In this document: piece by piece, positions 10,311-23,510 of the stretch
Position numbering within the stretch: the stretch's first letter is position 1
Layout: each line of letters begins with the position of its first letter
Source: Eledone cirrhosa
Taxonomy: Eukaryota
Assembly (NCBI GenBank): GCA_964016885.1
Contig: OZ024747.1
Coordinates: forward strand, 84,816,001-84,880,000
Reading direction: 5' to 3'
DNA length: 64,000 bases
The notes under the pieces: generated by a model
Database searches by the model: none
Seen by the model: the letters and a program-made list of their open reading frames with translations, nothing else
What the model was told of the DNA's origin: nothing
Made by a program: the position numbers and the translations under genes

Positions 10311-11616
10311 CTTGATCTCGATCTCAATCTCATTATCTCATTAGTTTGGACTGGAGTGTATCAAATGAAATACCAATATACTCAACTATAGTGTACATTA
10401 TTTTCAGTTGCTTGTGTCTGTAAACCATCCTGTGTCCCAGTACTTCTGGTTCCTGTCAAAAACAGTTATTAGAATGGGATTCCTGTATAGTTTCTATTAT
10501 TAGTATTTTTTTATTATTGTGTATTTCCATCTAATACATGTTGTCCTGTGGTTTTGTATGTTCCTTATGTGGTGACTTTCGTTCAGTCTGACATTTTATT
10601 GTCAGCATAACCGTCATCATAATATTACAAATAAAAGGAGAAAAAAGAAAGAAAATTTGAAAGGAAAAAAGAAAAAAACACACACAAGCAGGTAATACTC
10701 ACATGTAGGACCACATACAGCAAAAGGCAGGTGAAAGAGGTGGACAAACGAACCATTGCCAGAGCAAAAGATAATATCGCGAGGAGCACTGGAAAGTCTC
10801 TCTAATAATTTTTGAAGCAAGCCAGCATGCTCGTTGTGTTACCTTGAGTGATGGTGAGGTGGATGTCCTGGATACAGCCAAGCGCCTTCATGAGCATCAC
10901 CAGTTACCTCGGTTAGGCAAGCCACCAGTGAAGACAAAAACCTCACAGTTAGTGGCCTTACTCCCCCAAAAGTCTTGAATGCTACAGGATGGAAAATGTA
11001 GTTAACTAACAGATCACAACTATTTCTGTAATGCCGATTGTGGGGTCTATTCTCCCTGAACCTTTTGGAGTGACAGCGGTTTAATCTGGAACTGTTTATG
11101 TACCCTGATTTTAGGACGTTATTCCCTTTATTAGGCTATTTCTGTGGTGGTTGTCTTAGAAATTCTCTAATTCCATTTATGTCAAAGTCTCTGTCTGAAT
11201 TTAGTCTGTATTGGGATTGATTTTATTTGATAAGTTGGACAGGGGTTATGTTGTATGATTGGTATCAGTATAGTTTTTCCTGTTGTTCATTTGTTCTCTT
11301 CAAAAAAAGTATTTTCTGAGCTGTATTCATCTTTTAGATTGTTCTTCATAGTTTGAGAACCAATTTGCGTGTTTCTCCCATCTTTGTAATGAAATCAGGT
11401 CTGTGTTCTTGCATTCTTGTTTCTAGAGTTTAAAACATGATAATAGTTTGTCTTCGTATTCTTTGAAGATTTCAATTTCCATTTGTTTATCAATGTCCTT
11501 ACTTTGTTGCTCATTTGCGCTCCTCTGAGTTTCATTAGTTCAATTTCATTTTGTATTTACTTGAGAGGCAGTTTTTTGTCATAGTTGGTTATATATATAT
11601 ACATACTTTTTTTCAG

Positions 11617-11780
11617 GCAAAATTGATTCCCAATAGATTTGGTAGAATATTACCAATGGTCCTTATGGGAGTCTTGACCATAGTTGCCGGAGTGGCTTCA
11701 TATTTATTACCAGAAACAAACAACAGGAAAATGATGGATACCTTTGATGACATAAATGAAACTGGACAACTTGAGTTAAA
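11617..11780 (+). CDS. SLC22-like penultimate coding exon (last TM helix and LPET motif)
   Basis: TTTTCAG acceptor and GTAAGT donor, phase 0 matching the previous exon. Translates AKLIPNRFGRILPMVLMGVLTIVAGVASYLLPETNNRKMMDT. Confidence 0.9.
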
Positions 11781-12079
11781 GTAAGTATCTTTCATCACCA
11801 TCACTACCAACTACAAAAACAATCATACCATCATCACCACCACCACAACCATCACCTCCAGCATTACCACCTTCATTATGTGTGTATGTGCGTGTGTACG
11901 TGTGTGTGTGTAGTGTGTGTGTATGTATGTGTGCATGTATGTCCATGTGTGAGTTTGCTTATTCCCTGTAACTTACTGGTTCGACAAAAAGAGACAGATA
12001 AATAAGTAACAGACTTAAAAAACTTAAATACTGAAATCTATATGATGGACTCAGTCCCTTAATGGTGATGACCCAGTAT

Positions 12080-12220
12080 TTAGTTATTCTAAGTTCAAAT
12101 CCCTCTGATGTCAACTTTGCTTTTAATCATGCCGGGAGTGGTAAAATAGAGGATACCAGTCAAGTACTGGAGTCAACATTCTTCTTTCATCAAATTGATG
12201 ACCTTGTCACCATCATGGTA
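12080..12220 (+). mobile_element. tRNA-derived SINE copy (Meta-domain-like core), degenerate
   Basis: B-box GTTCAAATCC, then GTCAACTTTGC...GTAAAATA...TACCAGTCAAGTACTGG shared with many copies in the window. Confidence 0.6.
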
Positions 12221-13189
12221 TCAGACATTATGGAAATCTAGGCATCATAATGAATTAATATGATGGATGACAAGAGCACGTATTAACCAGCGTAAATTGG
12301 TAGGGTTGCAGCTTGGCACCTGCAGAGGTAAGTTCATGCTGGTCCTTCATCTTTGGTTTGAGCCAAACAATAGGAAATGTAGTGAGGTGACGAGCATGGT
12401 CACCAGTCTCACTCAGAAATAAACTAGAGCTTCCATTGTCCTGGATTGGAGCATATACTGTTTCGCTTCTTGAGGAAGTAACAGAGTTCCATGGGCTGAG
12501 GCTGCTCAGATCTGGACAATGGTCGTTGCTGGCACCATTTGTCAGGCACGTCGTTCTATAATTCATCTCTTTGACGATAGAGTTCTGAATCAAATGAAGA
12601 CCAATACTGAGAGAGAGAGAGCAAAAGAAGGAACTATCCCGGTACTTGATTGGTATCTTATTGAGTCCCAAAGGATAAAAGAAGTTGACTCCAATGGGAT
12701 TTGAACATAGAGTGCAAAGTGATAGTTCAACCTGCTAGAAATCACACCCTAACGGCTAAAAAAAAAACAGTGACGTATTGGATATTGTGATCGAATACCT
12801 GAAAATAAGATGTGTTGGTCGAGGCTGGAAAGCTTTTAACCATAGATTGCCTCAATCAAGGTTAATCTGGGTTTGTTTATATATATATATATTTTTTTTT
12901 TTTCTGGAGGAAGGGTCTGTGCCACAGGCCTTTTTAGTTCCTTTAATATTGGTGAAATTGATACAGTTAACTTTGCTCTTTGAAAGCTGAAAGTCAATGG
13001 CTACAGGAAAAAAATGTGAAGAGAAGGCATTCCAGAGGAATGAGGTTCAGAGAAAGAATGCATTGATTAACACAGAGCTGTGTAGGCTGAAATGAAGAAA
13101 TTATGAGATTTACAGTTCACATCTATGCAAGTTTAGTTGATCACCTGTGGGGTTGTATCTCATCAAAGTGTTTTAATAATAGTGGCCGC

Positions 13190-13320
13190 AATCCTATCAT
13201 GAAAAGCAACGTGAAATGAAGCATCTTGCTCAAGAACACAAAATGCTGCCTGGTCCAGGAATCAAACCCATGAACTAATGATCATGAGTCTAAAACTTAA
13301 ACATTTAGGACACGCATCTT
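13190..13320 (-). mobile_element. tRNA-derived CORE-like SINE fragment
   Basis: Reverse complement contains GGGTTTGATTCC and GTGTTCTTGAGCAAGATGCTT, similar to 35907-36050. Confidence 0.5.
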
Positions 13321-14195
13321 TAATGTTGTAGTATGGATAAAATATGGATGAAGTGGAGAAATGAGTGGACCGAGGTGCTGCAAGAGTAGAAGTGGGGTGA
13401 GTGCAGTTGACGAGCAGAAGCCACTTGTGATGTGCGGAATTCAAAACATTTTCTGGACACATTTTGCTTAGGATTGAATATATAATCCCCCTCATTCAAT
13501 CGTCACATACCTACATGAGAGCAACTCTCCCCAACATCCATTCTCACTGAATAATGGAACATCCCAGGCACATCTTAAAACACCTGCATATCTGACAAAA
13601 CACAGTCACATGACTGTGACATCCACCTTCCCTCTATTTATGGTTATGCTATTTAATATGTCTTCTGCCTACAGTAAACAACTTCTTACTCAGACAGTCT
13701 TATTGGTGGTCACTCCTCTCAGGACGGACTTAACTCGACAGTTATCTTTACTCATTTCACCACTCAGGTTGCAATGGAAACTGTTGGGTCAACAACAGCA
13801 ATAACATCATTATTTTCATAATATTCATCATATTTGTAATCATTATCGCAAACCTGTCAACTCTCCCTGTCCAATAGGGACACCTCCCACCCACTTTGAG
13901 GTGGGTGGGAGATGTCTTCTCTTGTGAAAATGGGTATAGCTTTCATTATGTAAAATCTCCCTATTTTGCCTAATTTCTTCCCCGTTTGGGGCCACTTTTT
14001 TTCATGGCACTCCTTGTTTGGGTTTTTAGAGGTTGGCAGATCTGTCATCATCATCATAATCATCAGACCATCTAATCAACTATCCATTCGACCAGCTGAC
14101 AGTCTGACAGTTTGACTATTCATCCATCTATCTGACTATTAGGCACTTTGTCCACCTAACTATCTAACCACCTGACCATTTTTTCTCTTTTCCAG

Positions 14196-14274
14196 TGTTG
14201 AGAATCATCTGAATTCAAATGAAGAAACCTTCCCTATGAAACCTACAGGACCCAAGGAGGCTATAAAATCTTAA
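14196..14274 (+). CDS. SLC22-like terminal coding exon
   Basis: TTTTTCTCTTTTCCAG acceptor. The phase-2 join gives NVENHLNSNEETFPMKPTGPKEAIKS* and an AT-rich UTR follows. Confidence 0.72.
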
Positions 14275-15444
14275 TATATGTCAATATATATGCATATATA
14301 TGCAATTTATATGTACATACATGCATACACACATACATGTGAATATGTATATATTTTTTGCTTAGGCCACAAACACATATGCACACACACACATACATAA
14401 ATACATATATATAAAATATTGTTAAGACAGAGTTACTTTTACATAATTGTTTTATTGCATAACAGATTTCAATGACATGGTTATGTAATGGATATATAAT
14501 TGACAGTCTCCATGTGACATCATCAGATGCTCATATAGTTATGAGGTGAAGTTATGATGGTATACAGATATGTAACAGGTAAATGAACATATGAGATACT
14601 GATTGGTAGAATTTGTAGGCTCAAAGAAAAGTTCTTTGCTTCAGTCCACTCAGCTGGAAAAAAATTAGTCGTCCCTGTAATTCAAAGAACCAGCCTTGGC
14701 ACACACTGAGTCATGCTGAAACACCATGAGAACTACATCAAGGGTACACATGTCTGTAAAATTCTCAGCCACTTACACAACAATACAAGATGGACTGTAC
14801 GTGTAATTCAAAATGGCAGCCTTGTCACAGACTGCATCCTACTTAATCTCCTCAACAACTACAGAGTACACATGTCCATGGAATGCTCAGGTACTTTTTC
14901 TCTTTTTTTAATACACATCATTTCTTTGTTGAATAAAATTACTGAATTACCAAGTTTTTTCTATTAATCATTTGATGAAGGCATTTTATCTCAAAATATA
15001 AGGACCTATAAAGAACTGAAAGGTAACATGACAGCATTTTGTTATTCCCATATTTTAACCTTTACCATCTAATTCCCATTGTGATAGCCTTCAAACAAAA
15101 CACTATTTTCTGCAGTTTACTTCAAGCAAATTAACCGTTTAGCATTTACATTACTTCCATCATATTACATCATGGAGATTATATTTTGAAAAGTAGTAAA
15201 AGACAATATGATGATTCCAGTTGTTTCAATAAATAGTTGTTTAATACAAAGAGTTTTGTATTTTTAATATATCTTTAAGTGTCTGACAATGTTCAGGCAT
15301 TAAATGTGTATGCATGTCGAATTTATGTATTTATTCATCATCATCATCATCATTTCATTTTACGTCCGCTTTTCCCTGCTTGCAAGGGTGGATTCATGCA
15401 TGTATATATGTATGTATGTATGCATGTATTTATCTATGCATACT

Positions 15445-15482
<38 letters not shown>

Positions 15483-16299
15483 TGTATGCAGTAAACATGT
15501 ATGAATTCGTGTGTGTGGTGCGTGTGGTGTGTGTGTGGTGTGCAACATGTCTGAATGGTTAAGAAATTTACTTCGCAATGATCTCGGATTCGACTCCACT
15601 TGGGCAAGTGTCATTCATCATATAGCCTCAGATCGGCCCAACTCTTGTGAATGAAATTTGGTATGCAGAAACTATTGAGGAGCCTCTCAGATGGTTGTCA
15701 CACATCATCATCATCAGAAACTGTAATTCCAATAATCAACTTTTTTTAAGCCCTACTAACTCACCCCTTTTAGAGCCTGTTTAAACTCTGCTTTTTTTGT
15801 TTCATCCAACTGTTGACACCCTGATTTAATTATCTTTCTACATGCTTTCTTTTCCCATTAATTTATATTTAAACCCAGATATTTTACATAATACAATCTT
15901 TGTACCTTATTCTGTGGTCTTTTTCCTTGCACAAGCTCACCATAAAGATTTCATTTGAAAGCCTTGCATCATTCATGTCAACAACAATATCTAACTCTTA
16001 ATGACATGGGAACTGGTTGTAGAGTACCCCAATCTTTGTATAATTTTAGTGTAAGGTGTCATACTTCACCATTTAATACCTAGAATCTACTGAAAGCACT
16101 TTTGGTGGAAACTGTCAAGTATCTTGAAATGCTGCTGATAAAAATTATGTTATTACTCCCTGGGTCTAATACTATTCCCTCGTAAAATTTGATTTGATTT
16201 GGTCGAATTGTTTTGGAATGAATGCACAAGGAAAAAACAGACAGAGACAAAGAATTTTATATAGAGAGAGATTAGAATAATAATGGTTTCTCTAGTTAA

Positions 16300-17225
16300 T
16301 TATTTAGATTTCTACTATAGGCACAAGGCCAGAAATCTGGGGGAGAGAAAAGTCGATTAAATTGACCCCAGTGCATTACTAGTACTTTATTTTATCGATC
16401 CCGTAAGGATGAAAAGCAAAGCTAACCTCAGCGGGATTTGAATTCAGAACATAAAGGGCCATAACTTTTTACTGCAAAGCATTATGTCCGAAGATCTATC
16501 GATACTGCCAATCCACCACCCTCTATATATTAGAATAATAATTGTTTCTACCTTTGGCATCAAGGCCAGCAATTAACCAGTGCATTACTGGTACTTTATT
16601 GACCCCGTAAGGATGAAAGGCAAAGTTAACCTCGGCGTCATTTGAACTCAGAATGGCAAGGACCGTAACTATACTTCAAAGCATGGCGTCCGACCCTAAA
16701 CACAAGGCCAGCAATTTTGGAGGGGGAAAAGGATTACATCGACTCCAGTGCATTACTGGTACTTTATTGACCCCGTAAGAATGAAAGGCAAAGTTAACCT
16801 CGATGGGATTTGAACCTAGACCATAAAGGGACATAACTCTATGCTGCTAAGACACAAGGCCAGCAATTTTGGAGGTTGAATAAGTTGATTAAATATGAAA
16901 GGCAAGGTTGACTTCGATAGAATTTGAACTTAATTTAAGATGTAACATATCAAGTAACATGTAGATAGGTAGAAATTGTGACTAGTAACTGAGTGTTTAC
17001 CAGGGTTTTTCACATGTGGCGTCCCAGATAAGGCATCTATTCCCTTCAAACGGGAAGAGGGTAATTTCGTCGAGCGCTTGCAGTCAAGGCCTGCTAGCTC
17101 CAAGTGTTGACCCCAGTGCATTACTGGTACTTTATTTTATCGACCCCGTAAGGATGAAAGGCAAAGCTAACCTCAGTGGGATTTGAACTCAGAACATAAA
17201 GGACCATAACTATACTGCAAAGCAT
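16300..17225 (-). mobile_element. Cluster of 4-5 head-to-tail partial copies of the Meta-domain-like SINE
   Basis: Repeated CCAGTGCATTACTGGTACTTTATT...GACCCCGTAAGGATGAAAGGCAAAG..AACCTC..GGGATTTGAAC at ~16370, 16580, 16750 and 17115. Confidence 0.8.
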
Positions 17226-17239
17226 ATTTCCTAGTCGAT

Positions 17240-17520
17240 TAGATTTTTTTTTTTCTTGAAACACAAAGGGAGACAAATGTATATTAGATTGTTGGTTGAT
17301 CTTTACTAATTAAAGCGGTTACTTCCCTTATATTGAAAGCCACTGGTTTCAATTGGATTGCACCCATTTTCGATTTTAGACCCAAAGATGTTTGCAATAT
17401 GGAAAAAGTATGAAAGGTTTTTGTTTGTGGGGACTTCGGAACATTCTAGGTGGAAACTTTAATTCTTGATCATTCTTAGACGGAGTTTCGAAATATTTCT
17501 GTAATCTTTTCTAAATCTGA
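17240..17520 (-). mobile_element. Possible Penelope GIY-YIG C-terminal remnant
   Basis: Minus-strand FNIREVTALISKDQPTI resembles the IKEALxIxxxxPxLN end of GIY-YIG domains; highly decayed. Confidence 0.3.
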
Positions 17521-18829
17521 GGGTGCACCATTGACAAGGGGTGGGAGACAGTGCCATCCAGGGACCTCCTCCTCTCGGCGACGAGTGCAACACTTTACAG
17601 CATAGAATAGAAGTATCAGTTAACAGGTTATTTTCCGGTCATACTTTATGTTTTGGGGGCACGGTGTCAGGGGAAAAGGGCTGTGCGTATAACTTTTGTA
17701 GACCCTTCGAGAGCGATGACAATATTGTTAATGTTTAGTTTTAACTGTTAGTGGTCGACTCCCATGGGGTGGCTAGGGTACTAGGAGTTTGGTTAATGAG
17801 GTCTCGAAGGGTTGGACACAATATGGGTGGTGAGAGTAGATGGGAGTGGCATGAGGTCAGCCGACTGAGAAGCAGAAAACATTGCAGTACCAGTAGAAGA
17901 GAGAGGACAAAATATCAGTGGGTCATATAACATGAATAGTATTGAATGCAGGTACACATATGCATCCAATAAGCGAGAACACTTATGATGAATCGACCAT
18001 AATCTAAGGAGCTGAAAGGATTTCATTCAGCCACATTTGTAGAAGCTGCTGACCGTTTACGTGGATTAATTGAATAGTCACGAGATGAGGAATATTTGAA
18101 TCTACTCACGAACGACGAACGGTAAACAACCTACCATTGTTACGAATTTATAAATAAAATATTGGTCATATACTATTTACAAGGACTTTTTTGTATATAC
18201 TATATCTGCGATATGAAAAGTGTAATCATGAGTACTAACTCCTTCCTTCCCCGATAGTCATTAAAAAAAAAAAAAATCCACTCCACGCTATGGCATTGGG
18301 TACTACACAAATGTAGCTATACATACACGGAACTTTGCCATCAACTTATTGTTATGATCCCATATACATATAATTATGCACTTACAATAACTCACGTAAA
18401 AAGTGAATACATAAGTAAGCATTTTCTGTTAAAATTTGAACATGTTGATACTTAAAAACGCTATAAATATAAACATAGGGGAACTAATATTAAGTCACCG
18501 TATTTATATAGGTGTTCACCTTTTAAAGTATCTCGTCAATCAGACGTCCGTAGTACAGTCACATGGCAATACGCCGTCAACCCAGCCAGTGTTTGATCGA
18601 CAAGGCTAAGGGTAGGCTTGTGCCTATTATAAGCACAAATAGATTATCAATAAATAAGTATACTCCGGTAAGGCATTCATGAGGGTGTGGGAAAGACTAG
18701 ACTATGTAAGATTATTCACCTATTACTAACATCGGCGAAAGTTTATCAAGTGTTTACGTCTATAATTGTATACGAGTAGGCAGTAGCAACGTATAAGGGG
18801 TAGCCCTAAATAGGTTAATAGTATGTTGA

Positions 18830-20420
18830 GTGGGGTCATACGTGCGCAGGAAAAGCTTCAGATTTTCTATTTAAGATCGGTAAGTTAACTTTTATTATTT
18901 GGAGATACGCTCAAAGATTGTATTTGATGTTGCTGGGCTATTTTCAAAATAGACGACCAATTATGGAAGTAACCGGTGTTGGAATTTTTAAATACTATAT
19001 AAAATGAGTGAGGTAGAGTTTAACTTTTCTTACTTAAAAGGAATGGAGATGCAAGTAGCAACAGGACTTAAAGCTATTCAATGTTGCTCCAATATATACT
19101 TTAATGGAGGTATGGAAACTGCACATTGATACACTACATTACTTATAATTACCTTTAATAGAAGATATTTCAGAGTTGAGTCAGAGATAACAATTTCGTT
19201 ATTATGAGCATTTTGAATTGGATGCTTGTTATTCAGAGATTTCACTCTGGCCAGGGTTGGCACAATTCAAAATCAGTGTATTTGCTCAATTTGAGTTATT
19301 GCTGGATATTTTAGCATATTTCCAAAGTTTTGTGTTGTTACTAGAAGCTAAGTTAGAGGTGGTTGAGAATGATAGTTCAATTGTTTTTATTTAGCAAATT
19401 GTAATATTAGTGGGTTTGAGGAAAGTTTTTCTCCAATATACCAAAGAACAATTTGGGTATATTAGAAGCCACATCTGCTAAATGGTAGATTAAACCATAT
19501 AGCTGGCCTCCTGTGATTAATCTTCCTACCTAAAGTTAGAGTATTAGCTGTTAATGATTGATGGAGGCTATCTGGTGGAACATGAGGGCTTTGTTCATTA
19601 CTATTGCTACATGAATTGTTTCTAGACTTCAGGAGACAAGGGATATTAAGAATCCTGGAATTATTAGGGTTTGGGCTAATATCATGTCAAATGTGGAAGC
19701 CTCTAAGTGGCTGCTGATTATAAGATCTTACATTGATGTCTATTGTTACAATTATTCTTACTCTTACTGTTCTTCCTAGTTAAATTTTTCTTATTGCTAT
19801 CACTACTACATGCATTTTCAGTTACATTCTTGCTACTACTATGTATTAGGTTTATGATTTGCAGTATTAATACAAGGAGCAAACTCCAAGTCTTTACTTT
19901 CATCTTTAGGGTTATTTAAGTTAGATATATTTTCATCAAAATTAGACCCAGGTAATGTCATAAAAGATTATATTAAAATTTCTATTTCTATCATTAAAGT
20001 TATACTGGATCTTTTCATCATAACCTGATCTGATGCCTCATAATATTGTTCATTCTGGTCAAAGATTATATCAGAAGATCTTTTAGAAATCATATTTGAT
20101 ATGTTATTTACTATATATACAAACTTATGGAGAGATTATTGATAAAGAAAAGCTATTCACCAGGTTTATGAAAAGGTTTGTATAGCCCAGTCTTTACTTC
20201 AAAAGTGACGTCTAGGAAATTTGCTACTTTGTTAGTTATCATTATCATCAGTTAAATTATACTCTATAAAAATAACTTATGGAAGTATGTCTTAGTTGTT
20301 TTATAAAGTTTCTACTATTACTATTAAGTGTGAAGAGAGCCTTGCCAGATTGTTTCTTACAAAGGCAGTGAGAGGGATCTGTAGTATCAAGACTAATAAT
20401 ATGGAGTTACATAACCATGA
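18830..20420 (-). mobile_element. Degenerate Penelope-like retroelement (RT thumb, linker, GIY-YIG)
   Basis: Minus-strand fragments in the expected order: KVANFLDVTFEVKTGLYKPFHKP (~20230-20160), DVASNIPKLFFGILEKNFP (~19480-19415), ISNVVYQCAVS..VYIG (~19150-19085), ILNRKSE (~18880-18855). Many stops and frameshifts. Confidence 0.7.
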
Positions 20421-21072
20421 ATTAAGTCACTATATTGATTTATAATCAATCAACCTTCCGAAACGATCGTAAAACAATAAACTGATTAAGCACTAAACTT
20501 CGCCATCTGTTTTCATTATCCAACATTAAACACACGCACTTTCTGACAGTGCAACATGTAAATAAAAACAAAAATTTTATCTTGGAGAAGCATTTATACC
20601 TTCCCAACTATTTATTTGGAAATTTACATATATTACATCCTTTGTTTTAAATTAAAAAAAATATAATAAAAAAAAAAAAAAACAGTGACAACAGGACAAA
20701 ACAGCAAGCCAACCATGTTGGGCTTGTATATATACGACGTACAAGTTTCAACACAGGCGGTTTTGATGTGCACGTGGAAATGGAATTGACAAGATTTTTT
20801 TAAATAGCTTGAAGACAAGTTCCAACCTGTTGCCACAGGAACAGACCATCGCTGCTATTTGCTGCAGGAGAACACATCACACTCTGCTTATATCAATTTA
20901 TTGTCAAACATATTTTACTGCTGAAATAACTGATACAGTTCAGTGATCTTCAAATAAAACAGTCTTGTCACATGAATGATGAATTGACCCACCCAAGCCC
21001 ATGTAGTCAGCCCATACCCACCCACCCTCCCAAAAGAAACATGAAAGTTACTAGCTATGTAACTCAAGCAGC

Positions 21073-21099
21073 TTACAATTCTCCACCATGGCCTGGTTC
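21073..21099 (-). CDS. CALR: Calreticulin exon 11 (terminal)
   Basis: Acceptor CTTTCTTTCAG; encodes EPGHGGEL*. Confidence 0.8.
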   Translation of the reverse strand, partial: EPGHGGEL

Positions 21100-21835
21100 C
21101 TGAAAGAAAGAAAGAAAAGTTGATTAAATATTTTTCTTGTTAAACAAGTACCTAATTACTCCTCCTTAACCTAGATACCAATTTTTCAGACAGGACACTA
21201 TTGATTTCTAAATTTGGGAAAGTGCAGAGTTGATTAACTGCTGGACGAATAAGTAACCCTGGACCAACAGCAGTAAACTACTAGGGGAAATGGAGCAATG
21301 GGTGACACCTGGAGCTCCCAAGAAAACTCACAACCCAGTGACGTACAAGATGGGTAACTGGCGTGAATAAGTCCACAAACTGCAATATGATGAAACCAAA
21401 AACTAATCATACCACATTGTCCTTCTTACAGGATATGTAGATATTGCATTTAAATTCAGAGAATTCCCTGAGCAAACTGAGAACGTTGAGACAGAGTGGA
21501 GATTGTTCAGCTCAGCAGTTTCTGCTTCTGCTGTGGGTGAAAGAGGTTTGGTATGGTGCCGGACGGCAGGAGGATCCTTTGGTTCAATCAAGGGGTGAAA
21601 GATTTTGTTTCTATGATACAAAATCCATTTTGAAATGTTCATAATTGAATTAAAACAGTAACAATTTTATTTAAGAGCCATCTGTTAAATTGTTTCAAAC
21701 ATGAAAATAATAAAACTATTTTAGTAAATGCCACCAAATTGAAGTCTGACACTGTAGCTCATTAGGTCTTGAAAGGGTTAAATCTGCATTCTATTAAAAT
21801 AGTCGATTCAGAAAAGTAAAAGAAAATGGTCATAC

Positions 21836-21915
21836 CTTTTTAGTTTCGTCTTCCTCCTCCTCCTCATCATCATCATCTTCCTCTTCATCCTCGTCATCTT
21901 TTTTCTTTTCGCTTT
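21836..21915 (-). CDS. CALR: Calreticulin exon 10 (acidic C-domain)
   Basis: TAG/GTATGA boundaries; (E)SEKKKDDEDEEEDDDDEEEEEDETKK; phases are consistent. Confidence 0.88.
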
Positions 21916-22365
21916 CTATAATTAAAAGAATAAAATATGTAAAGATAAATATAAAGAAACCAGGCAATAGATGAATGATGTCCTCTAAAATCTTCATTCC
22001 TAGCAAGATAAGGCTAGAGTAATATCACAAAAAATAAAATTGTCTCCAGTTAGCTCACTCATATTGAGTTCTCTTAGATACAGGAGTGATAGAACTGGTG
22101 GAAGATGGCTCTATTGAGTACTAACCATAGCAGATTCATTCAAAAATTCCAGGACAAAATTATAAACCAAACAATAGTTAATTAGACAATGCTCCCATTG
22201 CATCCACTAGTGAATCGTGCCTAATAAAGTTGTTAGTTACAGGCCAAACTTCCCAATAAAGTTGCAAAATATATATGTTACAGGCCAAACCTGGCCTAAG
22301 TTCCTTGAATATGTTAATGATGGATTTTATCGTCACCATTTTTCCAATGACAAGAAATGGGATTT

Positions 22366-22530
22366 GAACTGAGTACAGAGAGCCTGAACAGATAATGCAA
22401 GGCAACCTGTCCAACAATCTAGCAATTCCACCAGTTCACTGAGCTGAACTGAGTACAGAGAGCCTGAACAGATAGTGCAAGGCAACCTGTCCAACAATCT
22501 AGCAATTCCACCAGTTCACTGAGCTGAACT
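22366..22530. repeat. 80-bp tandem duplication inside a decayed SINE head (calreticulin intron 9)
   Basis: GAACTGAGTACAGAGAGCCTGAACAGAT... at 22366 and 22446, with one mismatch. Confidence 0.9.
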
Positions 22531-22730
22531 GCTACTATCGACTCCTTAAAAAAAAATGAAAGGCACAGTTGACCATGGAATTTGAAAGAATGGATAGCAT
22601 GGGTTTGGTGTAGATTTGTTTATGTTCTAAGTAAGGCAATTAATTGACGGTCTTATTCGCGCACGTGCGTGTGTAAACATTCATATACCTGAAACTAATG
22701 CAACATGTAAAATTACAAAAAAAAAATTAC

Positions 22731-22815
22731 CATCGTCCTTCATTTTCTTCTCTTCTTCCTCTCGAACTTTTCTTTCTTCCTCTTCTTGCTGTTCTTTCAT
22801 TTTCTTTTCTGGATC
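22731..22815 (-). CDS. CALR: Calreticulin exon 9
   Basis: DPEKKMKEQQEEEERKVREEEEKKMKDD; canonical AG/GT. Confidence 0.92.
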
Positions 22816-23417
22816 CTAAGAAAAAAATTAAAACATCACTATGTAATGTCTGTTTTCTTGGCTAGCAAGGGTTGGGTGAGAAAGGAAAATATCTATGATG
22901 CTTATGGCTGTATATAATCTCAATACCTTGACATGATTAGGCTTGAAATAAAATATTCTTCATATTTCCATCCTACATTATCTTATCTGAGTTCCAGCAT
23001 TCTTGGGACTATATATTTTTTTAGAGAGATAAGTTCATATCGATATCTGTTTTTCTGACTTTTTTTACTCTTAAAATTCATTGGATTTCAATCACATCAA
23101 AGTTGAGGAAATCATCACAAACGTTTTATTTTATTTATTTATTTATTTTGATGCTGAAATGGATTGGAAGAGACATTTTTAGGCAAATTTTTCCACATAA
23201 CTGCCCTTCCTAATGCCAACTCCACTGATGACCACTGTCACAAGCTGTGGGACATACTGTTTTAGCACCAAAAGCCACTTTTTAATTTGCTTGTACTTAG
23301 ATTTGCATGTGGGTTAAAAGTACACACATCGACAATACATTATCAGTGAAGAGATCTCTTTAAAACAATAGAGGGGGAAAGAGTAATGATCTTTTAGCTA
23401 CAAAATATCAACATTAC

Positions 23418-23510
23418 CTTAGTTTGTGACCATGTTTCTTTAGCATGAGCTTCAGCATCTGCAACGCTGTTACCAACAAATATGTTATCAAAGATGGTTC
23501 CAGATTTCAC
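23418..23510 (-). CDS. CALR: Calreticulin exon 8
   Basis: VKSGTIFDNIFVGNSVADAEAHAKETWSQTK; 93 bp; AG/GT. Confidence 0.95.

Noticed and set aside
12255-13800. ORFs 12255-12671 and 13262-13495 as genes
   Set aside because: They look like very old LINE debris in an intron and are too decayed to classify.
18500-18545. Hammerhead-like words on the minus strand near the Penelope relic
   Set aside because: Both core halves deviate (UUGACGA, GAAC) and the stems are not convincing.
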